A DNA stretch of 64,000 bases. Origin: Escherichia coli (lineage in GTDB: Bacteria > Pseudomonadota > Gammaproteobacteria > Enterobacterales > Enterobacteriaceae). Each line of letters opens with the position of its first letter. The first letter of the stretch is position 1. The notes below the pieces were generated by a model. That model worked only from the letters and a program-made list of their open reading frames with translations, ran no database searches and had not been told where the DNA came from. Location: assembly GCF_001677475.2 (NCBI RefSeq), contig NZ_CP015229.1; one strand, written 5' to 3'. Of this stretch, positions 28,118-39,045 are shown piece by piece. The position numbers and the translations under genes are program-made.

Positions 28118-29096
28118 TAATGACCTCCTGCTGAGGATACCAACAGGCGCAGCTGTGGTTGTTGTCACCACACGCTGTCAGCGCCGGGACGTTTTCACAC
28201 TGTGCACCTGCCGCATAGCAACGATCGCGAAAAGCGCAGCCGTCAGGCAAATGGGTGAGGTTTGGTACCGTCCCTGGAATGGCGGGTAATGGCTGGCGCG
28301 GTATTCCATGTTCCGGTGCGCATTGCAGCAAACCAATGGTATACGGATGCCGGGGATGATGGATAACGTCTGCCGTCACGCCGCTCTCAATCACGCTTCC
28401 GGCATACATCACGTAAACGCTATCGCACAGTTGCGACACCACGGCCATATCATGGCTGATGAACAGTACCGCAGTTCCACTGGCGCGGGCTTTATGTTTA
28501 AGCAGACGCAGTACCTGCAACTGTACCGTGACGTCCAGCGCCGTAGTCGGTTCGTCGGCAATAATCAATTGCGGCTCGCAGGAGAATGCCAGCGCAATCA
28601 TTACCCGCTGTCGCATACCACCTGAAAGCTCAAACGGATAGCGCGACATAACTTCCACGGCATCCGGGATTTGCATTTCTTCCAGCAGGGCAATCGCTTT
28701 AGCTCTGGCTTCCCGACGACTTATTGGTTGATGATGGCGGATCACGTCCATCATCTGAAGACCTATTCGACGTGTCGGATTAAGGGCGGTCATCGGTTCC
28801 TGAAAGATCATCGCCACTCGTGCGCCGCGCCACTGACGAAGCTGCTTTTCCCGAGCGTTAAGAGCATCTTCTCCCAGCAGTGAAATATGTCCCCGATCTA
28901 CGCAATAACTGCCCGTCGGTAGCAGACGCATAATCAACATTGCAGTGACTGATTTACCCGAGCCGGATTCTCCCACCAGACCGACAATTTCACCGCGGTT
29001 GATTTTCAATGACACATTGTTGAGCGCGTGAACGTCGCCGTTAAAACCGGGGAAACTCAAATGCAGCTGTTGAATGTCCAGAACGGGTTGGGTCAT
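28110..29096 (-). CDS. ddpD: D,D-dipeptide ABC transporter ATP-binding protein
   Basis: 328 aa; MTQPVLDIQQLHLSF...; Walker A GESGSGKS; overlaps the ddpF start. Confidence 0.9.
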   Translation of the reverse strand: MTQPVLDIQQLHLSFPGFNGDVHALNNVSLKINRGEIVGLVGESGSGKSVTAMLIMRLLPTGSYCVDRGHISLLGEDALNAREKQLRQWRGARVAMIFQEPMTALNPTRRIGLQMMDVIRHHQPISRREARAKAIALLEEMQIPDAVEVMSRYPFELSGGMRQRVMIALAFSCEPQLIIADEPTTALDVTVQLQVLRLLKHKARASGTAVLFISHDMAVVSQLCDSVYVMYAGSVIESGVTADVIHHPRHPYTIGLLQCAPEHGIPRQPLPAIPGTVPNLTHLPDGCAFRDRCYAAGAQCENVPALTACGDNNHSCACWYPQQEVISV

Positions 29097-29989
29097 GACT
29101 GCTTTCCTCCTGCTTTCGGGTCAAGCAGATCGCGAATACCATCGCCAAAGAGATTAAACCCGACGGCGGTAAGCAAAATCGCTGCCCCCGGAAATGCGCA
29201 ATACCACCATTGATCGAGCACATAGTTGCGACCATTCGCCACCATCGCCCCCCATTCAGCACTCGGTTGTTGAGCACCCAGGCCAATAAATCCCAACGTG
29301 GCGGCCATTAAAATCGCGCTACCGATATCCAGCGATGCCTGCACAATCAGTGGCGGCAGGGAGTTACGTAAAATATGCCAGTTGATCAGATGCCAACGCG
29401 ACGCACCAAAGGTTTTCGCCGCCTGAACATAGGTATACTGGCGAACAACTAATGTTTGCCCCCGCGCCAGGCGCACATAAAAGGGAATTCGCACAATAGC
29501 AATCGCCAGCATGGCGTTAAACAAACTCGGCCCGAGAGCGGCTGCCAGTGCCATTGTCAGCACCAGCGAAGGAATCGACAGCATAATGTCCATGATGCGC
29601 ATGATAATCGCGTCTGCGCGTCCGCCAAGCACACCGGATAGACACCCGAGTAGCGAACCCATCATACCTGCAATGGCGACCACCACTAATCCGGCGAGAA
29701 TTGATTGCTGACTGCCGACCAGTACGCGGCTAAACAGATCGCGTCCCACTTCATCGGTGCCAAACCAGTGCGCCGCAGAAGGCGGCAAAAGGCGGGCGGT
29801 TAAATCAATGGCGTTGGGATCATGCGTCGCCAGCCACGGTGAAAAAATCATCATCAGTAGCATTAATACAATGATGACTGAGCCGGTCACGGTAAGCGGG
29901 CTGCCTTTCAGCATCCATACCAGTTTTGCACCGTTAAATCGCGTTTGTTTTGGTGGGCGCACGGCTGACGTTTCCTCGCTTAGCATCAT
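29093..29989 (-). CDS. ddpC: D,D-dipeptide ABC transporter permease
   Basis: 298 aa membrane protein; 4-bp overlaps with neighbours (operon). Confidence 0.9.
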   Translation of the reverse strand: MMLSEETSAVRPPKQTRFNGAKLVWMLKGSPLTVTGSVIIVLMLLMMIFSPWLATHDPNAIDLTARLLPPSAAHWFGTDEVGRDLFSRVLVGSQQSILAGLVVVAIAGMMGSLLGCLSGVLGGRADAIIMRIMDIMLSIPSLVLTMALAAALGPSLFNAMLAIAIVRIPFYVRLARGQTLVVRQYTYVQAAKTFGASRWHLINWHILRNSLPPLIVQASLDIGSAILMAATLGFIGLGAQQPSAEWGAMVANGRNYVLDQWWYCAFPGAAILLTAVGFNLFGDGIRDLLDPKAGGKQS

Positions 29990-31008
29990 TCACCACCTCC
30001 ACGTCCGATACGCGGATCAATCCACAAATAGAGCAAATCCACCACCAGGTTCACCAGCACATAAGCAAACGAAACCACGACGGCAAAGCCCATCACTGCC
30101 GGGAAGTCGAGCGCCTGTATTGATGTTACTACCCATGCACCCATTCCGGGCCAGGCAAAAACGGTTTCGGTGAGCACTGCGCCATACAACAAATCGCCCA
30201 GCGCCAGACCCAATACGGTAATCGATGGGATCAACGCATTGGGTAGCGCATAACATAAAACGATATACCAGCCGGGCAAGCCGCTGGCCCGGGCGGTACG
30301 AATGTAGTCTTCACTCAATTGTTCCAGCATCGCTGAGCGGATCTGGCGAGCGACAATTCCCAGGTGAACGAACGCCAGCGTTAATGCCGGTAAGATGAGA
30401 TGTTGTAGCGCATTGAAGAAGACTTCACCGTTACCTTCAAGCAGCGCATCGAGCAGATAAAAGCCGGTAACGTGCATTGGTGGATCCAGCCAGTCATCAA
30501 GCCTTCCGCCGCCGGGAAGAATTTGCAGATGACCATAAAACAGCACAATGACGCCCAGCCCAAGCCAGAACGCAGGTGTGGAGATTCCGGTAATGGCCAT
30601 TATTCGCACCAGATGATCCAGCCAGCGATTTCGCCAGACTGCAGAGAGTATGCCCAGCGGGATGCCAATCAAGAGTGCCAGCAGCAGGGCACAAAAAGCC
30701 AGTTCCAGCGTCGCCGGGAAAAATATACGCAACTCTTCCAGCACCGGACGTCCGGTACGAATGGATGTTCCCAGGTCACCATGAAACAGGTCGCTGACGT
30801 AGCGGTAAAACTGTACATACAGTGGCTGGTCCAGTCCCAGTTGCTGGCGAATATTTTCCACGATAGCATCGCTGGCGCGGTCACCCGCCAGTAACCGCGC
30901 CGGATCACCAGGGATCAGATGCGAGATAATAAACGTAATCACACAGACGCCCACCACCACGAGCACCAGCCCCCAGCAGCGTTGGCGTAAAATACTCCAG
31001 AAGGTCAC
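29986..31008 (-). CDS. ddpB: D,D-dipeptide ABC transporter permease
   Basis: 340 aa membrane protein, DppB-like. Confidence 0.9.
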   Translation of the reverse strand: MTFWSILRQRCWGLVLVVVGVCVITFIISHLIPGDPARLLAGDRASDAIVENIRQQLGLDQPLYVQFYRYVSDLFHGDLGTSIRTGRPVLEELRIFFPATLELAFCALLLALLIGIPLGILSAVWRNRWLDHLVRIMAITGISTPAFWLGLGVIVLFYGHLQILPGGGRLDDWLDPPMHVTGFYLLDALLEGNGEVFFNALQHLILPALTLAFVHLGIVARQIRSAMLEQLSEDYIRTARASGLPGWYIVLCYALPNALIPSITVLGLALGDLLYGAVLTETVFAWPGMGAWVVTSIQALDFPAVMGFAVVVSFAYVLVNLVVDLLYLWIDPRIGRGGGE

Positions 31009-31009
31009 G

Positions 31010-32560
31010 TTATTTACTCATGGTATTGATATTGAAGACCTGTTCCAGCATGGGATTGAACACAAAGCCTTTCACCTCTTTGTTCATCGCCAGTTGGTAG
31101 TTTTTCTGGAACAGGTACACATAAGCAGCGTCATCAATGACGATTTTCTGTGCCTGCTGGTAGTCCCGGGTACGCTGCGTCTGGTCGGTGGTCGCTAGCG
31201 CATTGCGCAGTAGCTTATCGACCTCACTGTTTTCATAGAACGAGCGGTTACCCGGCAGACCTTTTTTGTCTGACTCAAACCAGTAATTCATAAACATATA
31301 CGGGTCGGCAAAATCCGGACTCCAGTTGCCAATCGCGATGTCGTAATCACCTTTACCCACTCTGTCGCGCATGGTGGCGTTCGCCAGCTTTTCCAGCTTC
31401 ACATTGATGCCCAGCTTGTTGAGACTGGATTGTGTCGCCAGAGCAATAGGCTCCCAGTTCGGATCATTATCAGAATAGAGAAACGTCAGGCTGGTGGGTT
31501 TGCTCGTCACTTTATCCCATTCGGCTTTGGCTTTCGTTTCGTCATGGTTGTATTGCATTGCCGTCGCATCGTATCCCCACATGCCTTCCGGAATCGGGCC
31601 GCGCATTTGTTTTCCGTTACCACTCAGAATGCCGTTAACCATGCCCTGATAATCGGTAGACCAGGAAATGGCCCGACGCAGATCCGCCTGATTAAGTGGC
31701 GCTTTGCTGTTATTCAGATACAGATAGGTGACGCGCAGTGACGGATACTCTGCCACATTGACTTTATTTTCCTGCTTCAGGGCGTTGAGTTGATCCACCG
31801 GCAGCGCATCGGCAATGTCAATGTCGCCACGGGAGAGCTGCAGGCGACGGGAGGCACTTTCACCGATAATTTTTACCGATACTCGCTTAAAGTTCGGTTT
31901 ATTGCTAGGGTAATGCGGATTTGGCACCAGAACTAATTGCTGACCTTTTTGCCAGCTTTTCAGCATAAACGGTCCGGAGCCAGCGGTATTTTGCGCGAGG
32001 AAGCCACGGGCGTCATCCGCCGCATGTTCCTTTAAGACCGCCGGATTGATAATGGATGCACCGTCATTCGCCAGCGTGTAGAGGAACGGTGCGAATGGTT
32101 GGCTAAGGGTAAACTTCACCGTATGTTCGTCGGGAGCATCAATCTTTAAATCTTTGGGAAATGCTTCTGCTGGCCCCTGGCCGATTTTTAGTAGCCGCTC
32201 AAAAGAGAGTTTTACTGCTTCGGCAGTGACCGGTGTGCCATCGGCAAATTTAGCATTATCCTTCAGGGTAAACGTCCACTCTTTTTGATCGTCAGACGCT
32301 TTCCAGCTACTTGCCAGATCGCCTTCAACGTCGGTTGAGCCTTTATCACCGTCCGTTTTGTACTGAACCAGTCGCTGATAAGACGGGTAGGTCACTGTCC
32401 AGTCGTTATTATCAATTGTCACCGCTGGGTCGAGGGTTTGTGGGTCGGCAGCTTTACCGATCACCAGCATATCTTTCGGTACGGCGGCGTGCGCAACCGG
32501 CATTGTTGTGGCAAGGACGATCGCGAGCAATGTAGGACGAAACAAAATCGATCTCTTCAT
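31010..32560 (-). CDS. ddpA: D,D-dipeptide periplasmic binding protein
   Basis: ORF 31010..32695 trimmed to ATG 32560 (MKRSILFRPTLLAIVLATTMPVAHA signal peptide), 516 aa. Confidence 0.9.
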   Translation of the reverse strand: MKRSILFRPTLLAIVLATTMPVAHAAVPKDMLVIGKAADPQTLDPAVTIDNNDWTVTYPSYQRLVQYKTDGDKGSTDVEGDLASSWKASDDQKEWTFTLKDNAKFADGTPVTAEAVKLSFERLLKIGQGPAEAFPKDLKIDAPDEHTVKFTLSQPFAPFLYTLANDGASIINPAVLKEHAADDARGFLAQNTAGSGPFMLKSWQKGQQLVLVPNPHYPSNKPNFKRVSVKIIGESASRRLQLSRGDIDIADALPVDQLNALKQENKVNVAEYPSLRVTYLYLNNSKAPLNQADLRRAISWSTDYQGMVNGILSGNGKQMRGPIPEGMWGYDATAMQYNHDETKAKAEWDKVTSKPTSLTFLYSDNDPNWEPIALATQSSLNKLGINVKLEKLANATMRDRVGKGDYDIAIGNWSPDFADPYMFMNYWFESDKKGLPGNRSFYENSEVDKLLRNALATTDQTQRTRDYQQAQKIVIDDAAYVYLFQKNYQLAMNKEVKGFVFNPMLEQVFNINTMSK

Positions 32561-32573
32561 GACAGTTTCCTGA

Positions 32574-33155
32574 TTAACTGGCGTGCTGTGTGCCAGGGGA
32601 TATAAAACAGGTGAATTGATCAGCGAGTAGTGGGTAACTCGCTGCCTGGGGTAATTCGAAGTGCCACCATTCGCTCGGGATACCGACAAAGCCACCGCCA
32701 GTCATAATCGCATTCAGCAACAGCCGATTGCGCTGAGCGGCTGGCGGGACGGAAGGGTGATAAGCATGGGAACGTTCGTGCATTTCATCGAACTCTGCAC
32801 CCATATCCAGTATGTTCCCGTGCTCATCACGAAGCGTCAGGTCGATCGCCGTGCCACGGCTGTGATTAGAACCGACCGCCACATCAACAACATATTGCGG
32901 GTCTGGGCAGGCTTGCCACAACATCGCCTGTGCTTGTTGTGGGCGATACGCATCGTAAATCACCAGTTGTAAGCCTGACAGCTGGGCGATACTGATACTT
33001 TTCGCCAGCGCAGTAATCGCATCCTTGTGTAACAGACAACGCGCTTGCTGGTAAATAGCTTTACCTGTGATGTTATCAGCGCAGGCATATTTCAATTCGA
33101 TCTCCAGATCAGGGAAGATCACGGCTAAATCAACCAGTTCGGTGGTATCCGACAT
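32574..33155 (-). CDS. ddpX: D-Ala-D-Ala dipeptidase (VanX homolog)
   Basis: 193 aa MSDTTELVDLAVIFPDLEIELKYA...; zinc-binding His/Asp pattern of VanX-type dipeptidases. Confidence 0.9.
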   Translation of the reverse strand: MSDTTELVDLAVIFPDLEIELKYACADNITGKAIYQQARCLLHKDAITALAKSISIAQLSGLQLVIYDAYRPQQAQAMLWQACPDPQYVVDVAVGSNHSRGTAIDLTLRDEHGNILDMGAEFDEMHERSHAYHPSVPPAAQRNRLLLNAIMTGGGFVGIPSEWWHFELPQAASYPLLADQFTCFISPGTQHAS

Positions 33156-33412
33156 AAACGGTTCCTGTATAAGACAAAAATTGCTGCGCTTTCCGCTTAT
33201 GCAGATCTCATGCCATGCCGGGATAAGCGCCAGAATGCTGGCTTAAAGTTATATTTTTTAACTTTTGATCAACATTTGTGCAGCGTAGTGCAGTTTTGGT
33301 GCAAGAGGGGAAGTTAAGGAAGGAATCTCCCGGAATCGTAGCTGAAATCACAGTATTTAAGTGACAGTGTCACGTTAAATGAAAACCCGCGAGTGCGGGC
33401 GAGAGGAATTTG

Positions 33413-35812
33413 TCAGATGTTCAGCGGTAACACGCTGCTCATCCAGCCTGGAATTTCTTCGGCGGGCAGGGGGCGGGAAAAGAAATATCCCTGAATAACG
33501 CGACAGTGGATCTTGCGTAGCATCTCAAATTGCTCTTTGGTTTCGACGCCTTCCGCTACGACGGTTAAATTGAGGCTTTGCCCAATGCTGGTAATGGCTT
33601 CGAGTAAGGCAAGGATGCGTTTTTCGGTCAGACAACGATCGACAAAACTTTTGTCAATTTTGATTTCCGTTACCGGAAGACTGACTAAGCGGGATAACCC
33701 GGAAAAGCCCGTGCCAAAATCATCTACCGATAAACCCACGCCCATATCACGCAGGATCTGAATGCGCTTAAAGATTTCGGTATCGTGTTCCATCATCATG
33801 CTTTCTGTGATTTCCACCGTCAGCTGGTGGCCGTCAATACCCCAGGCGTGCATTGCATCAGATACCTGATTAGGCAGCTGATTACTGCGAAAGTGCAGCG
33901 CCGACAAGTTAACGGATAACGCCGGGATATGAATATTCTGGCTACGCCATTCTGCTAACTGACGGCAAGCTTCCGCGATGACCCAGCGCCCAATATTTTC
34001 GATTTCACCAATCTCTTCTGCGAGAGGAATAAATCGTGAAGGGGGCACATGACCATGCAGGGGATCGTGCCAGCGAGCAAGGGCTTCGATGCCGTACAGT
34101 TCACCCGTTTCTGCGAAGATTTGTGGCTGGTAAACCAGTTTCAGTTGGTTATTGCTAATCGCTTCTTTCAGCGCTGCGCCTAAAACCAAACGCTCTTTTA
34201 CCATTTCGTTCATCGCCGGGCTGAAGAACTGCCAGCCGTTACCGCCATTCTTGCGAATATAATCCATTGCATTGTGAGCAGTGGAGAGCAGGTAATCGCG
34301 GTTTTTACCCACGTCGTAGCTGATGCCAATACTCAAGGTAAGCGGGAAGGGTTTATCGTCAATCATTATCGGCTTGCTGACCACATTCCGTAGCTCATCG
34401 GCGATTTGGGTAATGTTACTGACGTCGTTTTCCAGGCTCACGAGGACAAACTGCGTACCTTCGATACGACAGAGATACTGATCCGGTTTGAGTTTTTCAC
34501 GAAAGCGATTGACCACTTCCAGCAATGCCTGATCGGCCCACGCATAGCCAAGGCTATCAATCACATCCTGAATATGGTCAACACCGATGAGATACACCAC
34601 CGGAGAGACGGCTTTGTCGACAAGGTCATCGAGGTAATTGTGCAGGTTATTGCGATTTGGCAGACCGGTCATCGGATCAAATTGGATGAGTTGTTCAATA
34701 TGCTGACGGCTTTTTTCCTGTTCCAGCGCCAGCGCGGCCATATGCTGGCTGATATCTGCCACGCGTTCGATAAAGGCGCTGGTTTCTGCTCCTGACGAGG
34801 TTTTAATTTGCAGGATCCCCGCAGGCGCGCCATCACGCTGACGAATGGTCGCTGACCAGCTTTGCGCATTTTGAACTTCTGCACCGTGCGAAGATGACGC
34901 CCAGTGTATCGGCATCCCGTTGCGCAGTGCGAACAGCGAAACATGCGATTCGTTGAGAACAGATTCGATGTTACGACAAATGATTTCCCCCATTTCATGA
35001 AATGGCGGGCTGCTGCACATGGCGGCGAGAATATTGCCTTCAAGCTGGCGTATTTGTCGTTCTTCGGTGATATCCGAGAAGGTCATTACCAGGTTCTGCA
35101 GATGCGCGAGCACGTCATAAACCGGGCTGATAGAGGCTTTAATCCAGATTTTTTCACCGGTGCGCGTCAACAGCAGAAATTCGTCCTGATCGCGGGCGGT
35201 TTTCCATAGCAACTGTTGTAAACGAATGCGGTTATCGGCAGGGAATTCAGGAATGTTCAGGAGTGTATCGGGCTGCATACCGCTGGCTTCGCTAATGCAG
35301 TAACCAAACATTTCGGTAAATGCGCGATTGCACTGCACAATATGACGTTCCGGATCGAGGACAATCACCGGTCGGTCGAGATGGTCAACGGCAATAATCA
35401 ATTGTCGGGTCTGTTCTTTTTGCGCCATTTCTACGCTGGCATCCCGTACCAGCGCCAGGTAATAAACTTTCCCCTCGGCGCTCACTTTCGATAGCGCAAA
35501 ACGGGTCCAGATTTTACTGCCGTCTTTTTTCTCCAGCTGCAGCTCCCGACTCATCCCCTCAACGCGCGCTTTACCGCCTTCACGGTTATGACGAATGTAT
35601 TCAGGATGCGCGGGACGCAAATCCTGCGGAATCAGCATATCAATGTTATTGCCAATGACTTCTTCACGTTTGTATCCCCAGAGCTTCTCTGCGGCGGGGT
35701 TGAAAAACATCACTTCATCATTTTCGTTAATTAACACCGCACCCATCATATTTTGCTCAAGGGCGGGGAAAAAAATGCCATCGGCGGCATTATCCGCATC
35801 GGTTAGCTTCAT
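33413..35812 (-). CDS. dosP: oxygen-sensing c-di-GMP phosphodiesterase (heme PAS-GGDEF-EAL)
   Basis: ORF trimmed to ATG 35812 (MKLTDADNAADGIFFPALEQNMMGAVLINEND...), 799 aa; matches DosP as recalled. Confidence 0.9.
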   Translation of the reverse strand: MKLTDADNAADGIFFPALEQNMMGAVLINENDEVMFFNPAAEKLWGYKREEVIGNNIDMLIPQDLRPAHPEYIRHNREGGKARVEGMSRELQLEKKDGSKIWTRFALSKVSAEGKVYYLALVRDASVEMAQKEQTRQLIIAVDHLDRPVIVLDPERHIVQCNRAFTEMFGYCISEASGMQPDTLLNIPEFPADNRIRLQQLLWKTARDQDEFLLLTRTGEKIWIKASISPVYDVLAHLQNLVMTFSDITEERQIRQLEGNILAAMCSSPPFHEMGEIICRNIESVLNESHVSLFALRNGMPIHWASSSHGAEVQNAQSWSATIRQRDGAPAGILQIKTSSGAETSAFIERVADISQHMAALALEQEKSRQHIEQLIQFDPMTGLPNRNNLHNYLDDLVDKAVSPVVYLIGVDHIQDVIDSLGYAWADQALLEVVNRFREKLKPDQYLCRIEGTQFVLVSLENDVSNITQIADELRNVVSKPIMIDDKPFPLTLSIGISYDVGKNRDYLLSTAHNAMDYIRKNGGNGWQFFSPAMNEMVKERLVLGAALKEAISNNQLKLVYQPQIFAETGELYGIEALARWHDPLHGHVPPSRFIPLAEEIGEIENIGRWVIAEACRQLAEWRSQNIHIPALSVNLSALHFRSNQLPNQVSDAMHAWGIDGHQLTVEITESMMMEHDTEIFKRIQILRDMGVGLSVDDFGTGFSGLSRLVSLPVTEIKIDKSFVDRCLTEKRILALLEAITSIGQSLNLTVVAEGVETKEQFEMLRKIHCRVIQGYFFSRPLPAEEIPGWMSSVLPLNI

Positions 35813-35836
35813 GATTACCTCTGCATCCTGGCGCAT

Positions 35837-37219
35837 CTAAAGACTGGCTTTCCAGAGTTCAACACGGTTTCTACCTCGTCTTTTGGCGATATACAGAGCT
35901 TCATCGGCTATTTGAATGAGGCGCTCATAGTCAGGATGACCATTAAACATGGCGGCACCGATGGAAAGTGAGAGGGCAATATCCTCGCCGTTTGCGGCTT
36001 TCAGTTTGGTTTTCTCCACCCGACTGCGAATACGTTCTGCGGTACGTAACGTTTCGTTTTCCGAAGCTTCAGTCAAAACAATGATAAATTCATCGCCCCC
36101 GTAGCGGAAAACATAATCACTACTGCGGACGTTGTCATAAAAGGCCTGAGAGACTTTACGCAGAATTTCATCGCCAGTGTTATGGCCCCACGTATCGTTG
36201 ATCTCTTTGAATTTATCAACGTCAATAATCAGCACTGACAGCGGTGTACCGGTCCGGTTGGCATGGGCAATTTCGCGTTTGAAAATAGTCGGCAGGAAAC
36301 GGCGGTTAAGTAATTTCGTCAGTACATCCATACCGACTTCGTGGCGCGATACTTCTTCAAACAATTCACGCAGCAAGGTAATAATTTGCGATACGGTATT
36401 TCTTATCTGTAATAAAAATTTCACCCGCAGACTTCTGTTATTCAAATTCCTGGTGTTACGCATGGTTTGATTGAAAATACCGTCGAAATCCTGAATCAGA
36501 CGGGAGATATGGCCCACTTCGGCAATGCCGCTAAAATAATGTCGACCTTTATGGTTAAACCACAGGCCAAAATCAGCCTGGCTTAAAGGCAAACTACTGC
36601 CTAAATCAGAATCCAGCAGGACTTTATAGATAATATCTATTTCCCATGAAAGTAATGAGGCTATTTGCCGTTCTTTTTCTTCTTCGGCATTTTCCAGTAA
36701 CGAGAAGATACGATAGTTTTCATCTTCTTTTGAGGCACTACTGTCACTAAAGGTAAACGCGCGGGTCATCACTTCCATAGCGATATCAATACTGTTAATA
36801 GAGAAATGGTAGACCTGAAGTTTTTCTGCGGCGGAATAATCCGAAGAGAAGATGACCGGATAGAGGATTTTTTTCAGCACCCGAAACCCCATCTCGACAA
36901 TTTCTACCGGAATTCCTATGCGGGCATGCACTTCCGCGACGGTATGCTGGATTTGTATTAGCCTTTCGACATCGTCAACCTGGGCAGAAAGCACGTTAAT
37001 AATCCAGCGTTCCATCGCACTTTTCAACTGCCGCTCAACTTGTTCATTACTCAAGAATTCTTCGGCATGCGGGTCGATACGGACAATTCGGTAAAACTCA
37101 ATACTCAGATAATGGGCATGCGCAACGGCAATTTCCGCGGCTTTAGCACGAATGAGCGGATCTGCTTGTTCGACAAGCCCGGTCCACTCATCTTTCATTC
37201 TTTTAAAATACATCTCCAT
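35837..37219 (-). CDS. dosC: oxygen-sensing diguanylate cyclase (globin-coupled sensor)
   Basis: 460 aa; GGDEF active site (RYGGDEF) in the C-terminal half; 24 bp upstream of dosP. Confidence 0.9.
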   Translation of the reverse strand: MEMYFKRMKDEWTGLVEQADPLIRAKAAEIAVAHAHYLSIEFYRIVRIDPHAEEFLSNEQVERQLKSAMERWIINVLSAQVDDVERLIQIQHTVAEVHARIGIPVEIVEMGFRVLKKILYPVIFSSDYSAAEKLQVYHFSINSIDIAMEVMTRAFTFSDSSASKEDENYRIFSLLENAEEEKERQIASLLSWEIDIIYKVLLDSDLGSSLPLSQADFGLWFNHKGRHYFSGIAEVGHISRLIQDFDGIFNQTMRNTRNLNNRSLRVKFLLQIRNTVSQIITLLRELFEEVSRHEVGMDVLTKLLNRRFLPTIFKREIAHANRTGTPLSVLIIDVDKFKEINDTWGHNTGDEILRKVSQAFYDNVRSSDYVFRYGGDEFIIVLTEASENETLRTAERIRSRVEKTKLKAANGEDIALSLSIGAAMFNGHPDYERLIQIADEALYIAKRRGRNRVELWKASL

Positions 37220-37595
37220 AATTCACACCCTTATAAGGCTGGGAAAGCAGACGGAATCAAAACGAAACGCAACGTGCGAGATCGACTAACTGCACCATAT
37301 TCTCCTGAAATATGAAGATATACTGAAAACAAATAAGCGACTTAGGACAGTTTCAATCTACGCTACTGTTCTTCAGAAGAGTATAGCCCATCGTAATTAT
37401 TTTTCGGTGACAGCGAATATCGTATGTTTTTTCATATTCATACATTTTTATTAGGGGATTTATGGCTATTTAACTAAGTGTGGTTAATTGCGTGGTGAAT
37501 TTGACTTAAGTAAGCATGATTACTAGTGGGATATTTCAAGAGGGTAGCAAGCCGGTGGGTAAACCACCGGCTTGTCACAAAGTATGAATGGGAGT

Positions 37596-38915
37596 TTAAC
37601 TGCCCCAACGACTTTGCAGATAGCTGACCGCTTGTTGAGTCTGCGGTTTATTCAGATAGTCCTCACGGAACAAGATGGTGCCGCTAATTTCTGGTACCGC
37701 ATCGTTAAGATCGAGCTGCTTTTTCAGTTCCGGTACGCCGCCGTTAATCATCCAGTCTGGCTCTATCTTTGAAGGTTCACCCACTTTATAGAAGGCGATA
37801 CCGATATACAGGCGGGTCCTGGTCGGTTTAACGACATCCGCCCACCATTTTGCCAACACGTCATAACGCGCGGCACTCCGTGAGAACGGCCAGTAAATTT
37901 GGGGAGCAATGTAATCCAGCAATCCTTGTTCCACCCATCGACGGGTGTCAGCGTAGGATTCGTCATAGGCTGCCGCGCCTCGGGTATCGGAACCGAGCGG
38001 ATCGTGTGATCGGTTACGCCACACGCCTGCCGGGCTAACACCAAATTCGACTCCCGGCTTAATGCTTTTAATGGTGTGCGATACCTTTGCAATTAACTGC
38101 TGAGTATTGTTGCGCCGCCAGTCTGCTTTTGACGCAAATGCGCCTCCGTATTTACGGTACGTTTCGTTATCATTTAGCCGTGAACCCGGTGATTCAGTAT
38201 AGAAATAGTCGTCAAACTGCACGCCATCTACCGGATAGCGGGAAACCACTTCCGCGACTATTGATGTGATCCAGTCCTGAACCTCAGGGATGCCCGGGTC
38301 GAGGACAAAGCGATCGCCGGACGTTCTGATCCAGTCGCGGTGTTGCACATAGACGCTCGCCGGTTGTTGAGACAGAGTGCTATTCAGTTCCCTGATAGTA
38401 CCGGGCTTCGTATTAACCGATACGCGATAGGGGTTAAACCAGGCGTGTACTTTCATCCCACGCTTGTGAGCTTCGTCGAGAATAAATTGCAGCGGATCGT
38501 AACCTGGATTTTCACCAATCTTTCCGGTCATAAGATCGGACCACGGCAAAATTTTCGATGGCCACAGGGCGGTACCGTCCGGCTTGACCTGGAAAAAGAC
38601 CGTGTTTATGCCGAGACGTTGCAGATGATCCAGTTTGTCGATCATCGCCTGTTGTTGTACACGTGCCCGGCTGGTGGGGTTACTAATGTTAACCGAGGAA
38701 ACCGGTGGCCAGTCGAGGCGAGACACCGTGGCCAGCCAGATGCCACGCATCGGTTGTGACGATTGTTGCGTCGTGGCTGGTGGCTTCGAACCTGTTGGTG
38801 GTGTCACCATTGACTCTGGGGGCGTGCTTTTGCAACTACACAGTAAAAGTGCCAGTGCAACCAGTACCGCGGGTCTTCTAATCGCTAATTTCTCGTTTCG
38901 GGAGCAGATATCCAT
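37596..38915 (-). CDS. yddW: outer-membrane-anchored lipoprotein glycoside hydrolase (GH10-like)
   Basis: 439 aa; lipoprotein signal with LLLCSC lipobox region. Confidence 0.85.
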   Translation of the reverse strand: MDICSRNEKLAIRRPAVLVALALLLCSCKSTPPESMVTPPTGSKPPATTQQSSQPMRGIWLATVSRLDWPPVSSVNISNPTSRARVQQQAMIDKLDHLQRLGINTVFFQVKPDGTALWPSKILPWSDLMTGKIGENPGYDPLQFILDEAHKRGMKVHAWFNPYRVSVNTKPGTIRELNSTLSQQPASVYVQHRDWIRTSGDRFVLDPGIPEVQDWITSIVAEVVSRYPVDGVQFDDYFYTESPGSRLNDNETYRKYGGAFASKADWRRNNTQQLIAKVSHTIKSIKPGVEFGVSPAGVWRNRSHDPLGSDTRGAAAYDESYADTRRWVEQGLLDYIAPQIYWPFSRSAARYDVLAKWWADVVKPTRTRLYIGIAFYKVGEPSKIEPDWMINGGVPELKKQLDLNDAVPEISGTILFREDYLNKPQTQQAVSYLQSRWGS

Positions 38916-39045
38916 ATATGCTGGTTTCCGGTAAACAGATGTGCGCTCATTCTCGTACTTATCCCGGTTAAGTCAATACGACAGCGAGCACGAAAAAGGG
39001 AGCGATTAATTATCGCTCCCTTGTCTTATAACCATTCAGACATGG